Shown here piece by piece: positions 50,380-56,677 of a stretch of 56,677 bases of DNA. Source of the stretch: Octopus bimaculoides. Taxonomy: Eukaryota. The translations under genes and the position numbers were made by a program. The notes under the pieces are model-generated. The model was not told the DNA's origin, made no database searches, and was given only the letters and a program-made list of their open reading frames with translations. The stretch lies in NCBI RefSeq assembly GCF_001194135.2, contig NC_068996.1, positions 7,555,585 through 7,612,261 of the forward strand, written 5' to 3'. Positions within the stretch are counted from its first letter, which is position 1. Every line of letters begins with the position of its first letter.

Positions 50380-50590
50380 AATTCCAACACATCAACGATA
50401 CACTTGTTCATTCAGTCAGCCTTACAAACACACAAGCACACAAAAGCAAACACACACTTCTTCAGATATGCATACATGTATGTGTGTTCATGCATGCTTT
50501 ATGTATGTACACAATTGTGCAACTAGCCTTATACAGCAGCACATACTTGTTCGGGTTAACAGTTAATGATTTCAGTTATAATTGGTGTGT

Positions 50591-50663
<73 letters not shown>

Positions 50664-50780
50664 TATATTTTAAAATTTAGCTTAATGACCAATAGGCCTT
50701 GGACATTGTCAGTGACAGTAAATAGTCACATGATGTAATCAGTAACCAATGGTAATTGGAGATCAGGATATGTTCAGTTG

Positions 50781-51932
50781 TCAAGAATCGGAGCATTCTA
50801 CAGACTTGCTAAGTAAATTTAGTTGCTTGTCAGCAATTTGTGGCTGATTAATTGTTGTTTCTGCTGTTGTTGTTGTTGTTGTTGTTGTCGTAGCTACTCC
50901 TGGTGTTGTTGGTGGTTGTGATTCAGGTGACATTGTTGGTATAATAGTTGTTGCTGCTGCTGTAGTTGAAGTTGTTGTTGTTGCTGCTGCAGTAGCTGCT
51001 ATTGTTGTTGCCGTTGCTGTTGTTGCTGCTGCAGGTGTGGCTGTTGTTGACGACGACGACGACGACGATGATGATGGTAACGATGACGATGATGATGATG
51101 ACAATGATGACCATGCAGCAGTTGCGGGAGACGTTGATGATGAAGATGATGATGACAACAACAATGGTTGTTGCACTGGCTGTAGTACAGCAGTTGCTGC
51201 TGGAAGGAGATGATCTTGGTAAGGAGTGACTGTGGCGGTGGGAGGTGATGGAGATTGTTGTTGTTGAACTGGCACTTCATTTTGTTCCTCTTCTTCTTCT
51301 TCGTCTTCGTCTTCTTCTTCTTCTTCTTCTTCTTGGTGGTGCAATGGTGTTGGTGACGGTGGTGATGGTGGTAGCATTGGTGGTGATATCACAACGGACA
51401 TTTGTGGGTATTTGGAAATATTGTGTTCTAGTTCCTCTGAGGTGTCACCTCCAGTGACTGCACCATTAGATCTCATTGCATTAGTGGCCCTCATACTTGG
51501 TCTACTGCTGTCAAAAACACTATTACCGTTTCCATTGCCATCACCATCACTACCATTATCAATGTTTGTGCCATCATTGATGCTACCTTCATTAGCTTCC
51601 ATCATTCCATCTGTTACATCAGGAGGCACAACCGAAATGGAAAGGATCGGTAATGGACTGGAGGAATTTGACTGAAGACCAGCAGAAACAGGAAGAGTGG
51701 GTTGAGCTTGTTCAACCTTCTGACGTTCTTCTTCTTGTTGATCAAGGCAATGCTGCAAACCTGCACAATAGTGCAGTAGCTGCATCATTAGTCGCTCATT
51801 TTGCTCATCAATCATTCTGATCTCTGCCTGATAGACTTTCTTCATGGCAGGATCATTAATGCTTTTCTCTTTCTTAGTCAACTGGCCCTTGTATTCTGTT
51901 GCTTGATCAATTTGTTCTTGGACAATGCTTAC
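50781..51932 (-). CDS. Terminal coding exon (383 aa plus stop) of an unidentified host gene: N-terminal coiled-coil followed by a low-complexity S/T/A/E/P/Q tail
   Basis: Acceptor TTTGTTTACTTTCAG ending at 51933, phase 0. Stop-free to TGA at 50783-50781. Begins VSIVQEQIDQATEYKGQLTKKEK...YQAEIRMIDEQNERLMMQLLHYCAGLQHCLDQQEEE. Upstream exons were not identified in this window. Confidence 0.8.
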   Translation of the reverse strand, partial: VSIVQEQIDQATEYKGQLTKKEKSINDPAMKKVYQAEIRMIDEQNERLMMQLLHYCAGLQHCLDQQEEERQKVEQAQPTLPVSAGLQSNSSSPLPILSISVVPPDVTDGMMEANEGSINDGTNIDNGSDGDGNGNGNSVFDSSRPSMRATNAMRSNGAVTGGDTSEELEHNISKYPQMSVVISPPMLPPSPPSPTPLHHQEEEEEEEDEDEEEEEEQNEVPVQQQQSPSPPTATVTPYQDHLLPAATAVLQPVQQPLLLSSSSSSSTSPATAAWSSLSSSSSSSLPSSSSSSSSSTTATPAAATTATATTIAATAAATTTTSTTAAATTIIPTMSPESQPPTTPGVATTTTTTTTTAETTINQPQIADKQLNLLSKSVECSDS

Positions 51933-51998
51933 CTGAAAGTAAACAAAAGCAACAATTTTAATAACAATGAAAATAACAACAACAACAACAACAACAAC

Positions 51999-52066
<68 letters not shown>

Positions 52067-52080
52067 TGATAATAATAATT

Positions 52081-53050
52081 CTTTCTACAATAGGCACAGG
52101 ATCTGAAATTTTGGGGAAAGGAGGCTACTCGGCTGCATCGACCTCAGTGTTCTACTAGTACTTATTTTATTTTGAGCCCCAAAAGAATGAAAGGCAAAGT
52201 TGACCTCAGCAGAATTTGAACTCAGAAAGTAAAGCCGAAAGAAATTCTTATTTTTTTATTGCCCACAAGGGGCTAAACATAGAGGGGACAAACAAGGAGA
52301 GACAAAGGGATTAAGTCGATTACATCGACCCCAGTGCGTAACTGGTTCTTAATTTATCAACCCCGAAAGGATGAAAGGCAAAGTCAACCTTGGCGGAATT
52401 TGAACTCAGAACGTAACAGCACACGAAATACCGTTAAGCATTTCGCCCGGCGCGCTAATGATTCTGCCAGCTCGCCGCTAAGAAATTCTCCTTTAACAAT
52501 TCTGCCAGCTCACTACTTTAATAATTATAATAATTAATAAATAGCTTCAAATTTTGCCAGAAGAGCAGCAATTTTGGGAGACCCCAAAAGGATGAAAGGC
52601 AAAGTCAACCTTGGTGGAATTTGAATTCAGAACGTAGCGATGGGTAAAATACTGTTTAGCATTTCATCTAGTGCACTAACAATTCTGCCAGCTTGCCACC
52701 ATGATGATGATGATAATAATAATAATAATAATAATAATAAGGCACAAGGCCTGAAATTTGGTGGGAGGGGACTAGTGGATTACATTGCCTCTTAGTGTTT
52801 CATTGGTACTTTATCAACCCCAAAAGGATGAAAGGCAAATAAGGATAATAATTGTTCCTACCATAGTCACAAGAACTGAAGTTTTAGGGGGAAAGATTAT
52901 TTATTACATAAAAATTCAGTGCTCAATTGATGCTTATTTCATTGACCCCAAAAGAATGAAAGGGAAAAAAAAATTGACCTCCACAGAATTTGAATACAGA
53001 AAGTAGAACTGGAAGAAATCCTAAATATTTTGTCCAGCATAATAATAATT
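52081..53050 (-). mobile_element. Cluster of about five family-C SINE copies in the last intron
   Basis: Repeated CCCCAAAAGGATGAAAGGCAAAGTCAACC...GAATTTGAACTCAGAA at about 52175, 52360, 52580, 52815 and 52945, separated by (AAT)n. Confidence 0.85.
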
Positions 53051-53463
53051 TCTGCTAACTTATTGCATTAATAATAATGATGATGATGATGATGATGATG
53101 GTAATAATACCAACAACAAAGATAAAATAATATTCAGTAATGGTTTTTAACAAATGAATTATAAAGAAAAAAAACACAAAAAGAATATTAAAAAATGCAA
53201 AAAAAGGACAAAACAAGCATTGTGAAAGTGAAACAGAACTGTGATGAAATATTTTGTGCAAGTATGAAAACTTATTTCACAACAAAAACATACTTTTCCC
53301 TTAAAAAANNNNNNNNNNNNNNNNNNNNNNNNNNNNNNNNNNNNNNNNNNNNNNNNNNNNNNNNNNNNNNNNNNNNNNNNNNNNNNNNNNNNNNNNNNNN
53401 NNNNNNNNNNNNNNNNNNNNGTACACCAGGCTTGAACATTTTAAACCATAGTTTACAAAATTA

Positions 53464-53507
<44 letters not shown>

Positions 53508-54179
53508 CAAGAAAAAGAGGTGACAAAAGAATAAATTATTCTTATGAACTTCATTAGCTTACAGCTGTTTCTGCTATAAGATGCAGTGGACTCATAGTTG
53601 AGTGCCTGAGTAACACTTCATAGCTTATAGATCTAGTATTGGAAGATTAAAAAGACATCTATCTGCTTGCAACTATATATCCATGTAATAACTGATAATA
53701 AAGAGAGTGGTGAAAGCTGAAGTCATATCATACATGACTGCAATACACATGCATATATGCATATACACACATATACACAAGCGTATGTTTATATGTACGT
53801 ACGTATAAAAGGAGCTTGCCTTCCTTGTGAGTCATAAGATTAAGTGCTTGCTTGAGGCTAAGAGTTGTTTTGACTCTTATTTCTAGCAATGCTGTGAATA
53901 AGCCACCTGTATTATTTATAACTTTCACTTTCACCATTTATGAAATCAGCGTACGATTTCTACAGTAACTCACATAAACTGACAAGATGAGCTAGCATAA
54001 CCCTAGGCAGCCGGGTGAGAGCCACCGACAAGCATCAATGAAATGCGAAATCACTGGCGATCTGGCTATGTGCTGGATACTGTAGGGATAAGTGCTTTGT
54101 CATGGCTAAAAGTTGCTTTGACTTATTTCTAGCAATGCTGGTGCTGACTAATACCCTAATTCATTTTAGTGACATCTAA

Positions 54180-54545
54180 AGCAAAATCGTGATGGCACCT
54201 GTGCCCAGCATTGCCTTCCTGGCACTTGTGCTGGATGGCATGTGTAAAGACATTCGAGCGAGATCGTTGCCAGTGCCACAGGACTGGCTCCCGTGCAGGT
54301 GGCATGTAAAATACACCATTTTGAGCATGGCCGTTGCCAGTACCGCCTGACTGGCCTTTGTGCCGATGGCACGTAAAAGCACCCACTGTACTCTCAGAGT
54401 GGTTGGCATTAGGAAGGGCATCCAGCTGTAGAAACTCTGCCAAATCAGATTGGAGCCTGGTGTAGCCATCTGGTTCACCAGTCGTCAGTCAAATCGTCCA
54501 ACCCATGCTATGGGTTGGACATTAAACGATGATGATGATGATGAT
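54180..54545 (+). mobile_element. RTE LINE 3' UTR-only copy
   Basis: Matches 18020-18500, including the tandem units and (GAT)n tail. Confidence 0.85.
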
Positions 54546-54789
54546 ATACATCTGCCTTGCAGTTGTAAATTGCAAATAAGCCACCTTTATTATTTATATG
54601 TGTGTGTGTGTAAGGATATATGTGCATGCATGTGCGTGCTTGTAAGCATATATGCATGAGTATTGCATGTATGACATGGGTACCAGCTATCACCACTATT
54701 ATTAGTTATTGCATGGCTGTGTAGTTGCCAGCAGAGATACATCCTTTCACTCTTCCAGCATTAGACCTAGTGGAACATCCAAAATGTGA

Positions 54790-54814
54790 CTGGAGAGAGA
54801 GAGAAAAAGAGAGA

Positions 54815-54860
<46 letters not shown>

Positions 54861-55000
54861 TAAAGAGAGAGAGATAAAGAGAGAGAGATAAAGAGAGAGA
54901 AAAAGAGAGAAAGAGAGAGAGAGAAAGAGAAAGAGAGAGGGAGAGAGAGAGAGAGGGAGAGAAAGAGAAAGAGAAAGAGAGAGAGAGAGAGAGGGAGAGA
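54790..55000. repeat. Long (GA)n-rich homopurine tract
   Basis: About 210 nt almost purely A/G. Similar tracts at about 22270-22480 and 24720-24805. Confidence 0.9.
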
Positions 55001-55420
55001 AAGGTGGTAATTTATTTTCAACCCTGGAAAAATGAAAGGCAACATTATCATAGCAGGATTTGAACTCAGGATGTAAAGCACTGCAACTAAATGCTACAAA
55101 ACATTACCTGCTGCTCTAAAAACTTTTGTCAATTTCACTGCTGCTACTAATACTATAAAGGGAAACAACATGAGCAACAACAATAAGAAACAGTTTGATT
55201 TTGAAGAGAAAAAATATATAGGATTCTAAATTTGCTATTCAATTACATATAGCTTTGTATTTAAAGAACCTTGAGATAAAGATAAATAAAAGAAAAAAAT
55301 GTGAACATGCCAGAATAACTGTCGATAATATGTATTATTCTGCTTGTTACAACATCAATTTATTCAAGTGTTATGTTTTAAACAAGCTTAACTATGGAAG
55401 AAAATCAAAGACATAATGAA

Positions 55421-55571
55421 ACTATAAAGTGATAGTATGTTGACAACAGTCTCATAAAAAGGAAGAATGCTGCTGTTATTTAGCCCTAGGAAATGGTGCT
55501 AAATAACCGTAGCATTCTTCCCTTTTATGGGACTGTCACATTAAGTTGACAATGTACTATCACTTTATAGT
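55421..55571. repeat. About 150-bp palindromic MITE-like element
   Basis: ACTATAAAGTGATAGTA...ACAGTCTCATAAAAAGGAAGAATGCTGCTGTTATTTAGC is mirrored by GCTAAATAACCGTAGCATTCTTCCCTTTTATGGGACTGT...TACTATCACTTTATAGT. Confidence 0.85.
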
Positions 55572-56119
55572 GCTGCTACTGCATAAATCTCTTTGAGAGA
55601 TTTAGAAATATATTATTTCTATAATAAAACCAGTTTGAGTGTTATGCATTAAACATTCTCTACAATGGAACTAAATTACAACGTAATCAAAATCTTTAAC
55701 ATAAGACAGGTTCATATGTTACACATTAAACAGCCTTCATTATGAAATGAAAACATGATTTAATGTCCACTTTTCCACACTTGCATGGGTCAGATGGAAT
55801 TTGTTGAGGTGGATTTTTTACAGCTGGGTGCCCTTTCTGTCACCAACCCCCATCTGTTTTCAAGTTAGGTAATGTTCTCCATGACCATACATGTTTTTAC
55901 AGAAGATTGGAAGTGAAGGACACTGATTGCATGATGTTGACATTCAATTACATTCAACACATTAAATCAAGGCAAAAAGACAACACACACACACACACGT
56001 ATACTAACATTCCATCAGTTATTCTTTAGCAGTTCAAAACTGTGAGTAGTGAAATGCAGAATTAAGTTGGCTGATCATGAGAATCAAATATTGATCACTT
56101 CGCTAAAATCTGCAGGTGG

Positions 56120-56609
56120 TATTGGTTATTTCCCTTGGATTGTTTAAATAAAATATTAGTAATATGTTGTAGATAAGAGGATCTATTTGAAGGGCTCAAT
56201 TATCGATTTTTTCAACCTAAGTATGTCACAAGGTTTTCAGACATGAGGTGTCAAAGTATAAAAGTGATATTGTCTACAAAAATTAGAAATAGGACACACA
56301 AAAAATCCAATATTCAATGTAATCGAACATAGACAATGAAATGGGATATTTCCCTTGAGTGCTTAAAAAATATATTGTACAGGTGCTACGGGTTATTTCC
56401 CCTGGATGTTTAAAAAAGAAAAATTATTTATATGAGATAGATATAAAATTCCCTTCAAGGGGCCGTATTACTGATTTTTCAGCAATCTAAGTATGTCACA
56501 AGATTTCCAGATAGGAGTTCTATTCACGTGTCAAGTTTCATCAAAATCAATAAAACGAAGTAGGAGTTAGCTAACAACGCCACAAACATACACCAATTTT
56601 CCACATATG

Positions 56610-56615
<6 letters not shown>
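56120..56615 (+). mobile_element. Possible non-autonomous Helitron-like repeat with an internal duplication
   Basis: Two copies of GGTTATTTCCC.TGGAT and CTAAGTATGTCACAAG; 3' end GTCAAGTTTCATCAAAATC...GGAGTTAGC...ACAAACATACAC recalls Helitron-type MITE ends. Family call is inferred. Confidence 0.35.
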
Positions 56616-56654
<39 letters not shown>

Positions 56655-56677
56655 CATATAATAATATTACAGATAAA

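Noticed and set aside
51933-52097. N-terminal MPIVER-poly-I/poly-V of the 438-aa ORF
   Set aside because: It is the intronic (ATT)n/(GTT)n SINE tail upstream of a clear splice acceptor, not a signal peptide or TM helix.
53968-54080. Possible upstream exon on the minus strand (CCCTACAG acceptor, GTGAGT donor)
   Set aside because: All three frames contain stops.
56655-56677. ATAATATTACAGATAAA, resembling part of the 2921-3095 repeat
   Set aside because: Only 17 AT-rich bases at the window edge; insufficient evidence.

Overview
AT-rich, microsatellite-dense eukaryotic scaffold with many N gaps. The repeat families suggest an octopod cephalopod; this is my inference, not a database hit. The only convincing host coding sequence is a minus-strand terminal exon (51932->50781): a short coiled-coil followed by a long low-complexity tail, gene not recognised. 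The rest is a mosaic of RTE, CR1-like, R4/Dong-like and Penelope-like (PLE) retroelements, a deleted Ty3/Gypsy element, two mariner elements, hAT and piggyBac-like MITEs and several tRNA-derived SINE families. Main result, found by folding the sequence by hand: six minimal type-I hammerhead ribozyme motifs in four sequence families (103-147+, 3032-3094-, 3262-3324+, 23302-23361-, 23369-23427+, 49332-49383-). Two pairs are head-to-head, and one of those pairs brackets a copied Gypsy integrase fragment. One intact motif lies in sense orientation about 1.4 kb past the host stop codon. PLE-associated hammerheads are a known class; the arrangements are what merit follow-up. Second result: a PHD-type zinc finger inserted inside the reverse transcriptase of the RTE LINE. 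Most supplied ORFs are microsatellite or N-gap artefacts. Repeat boundaries are approximate unless a TIR/TSD is quoted.
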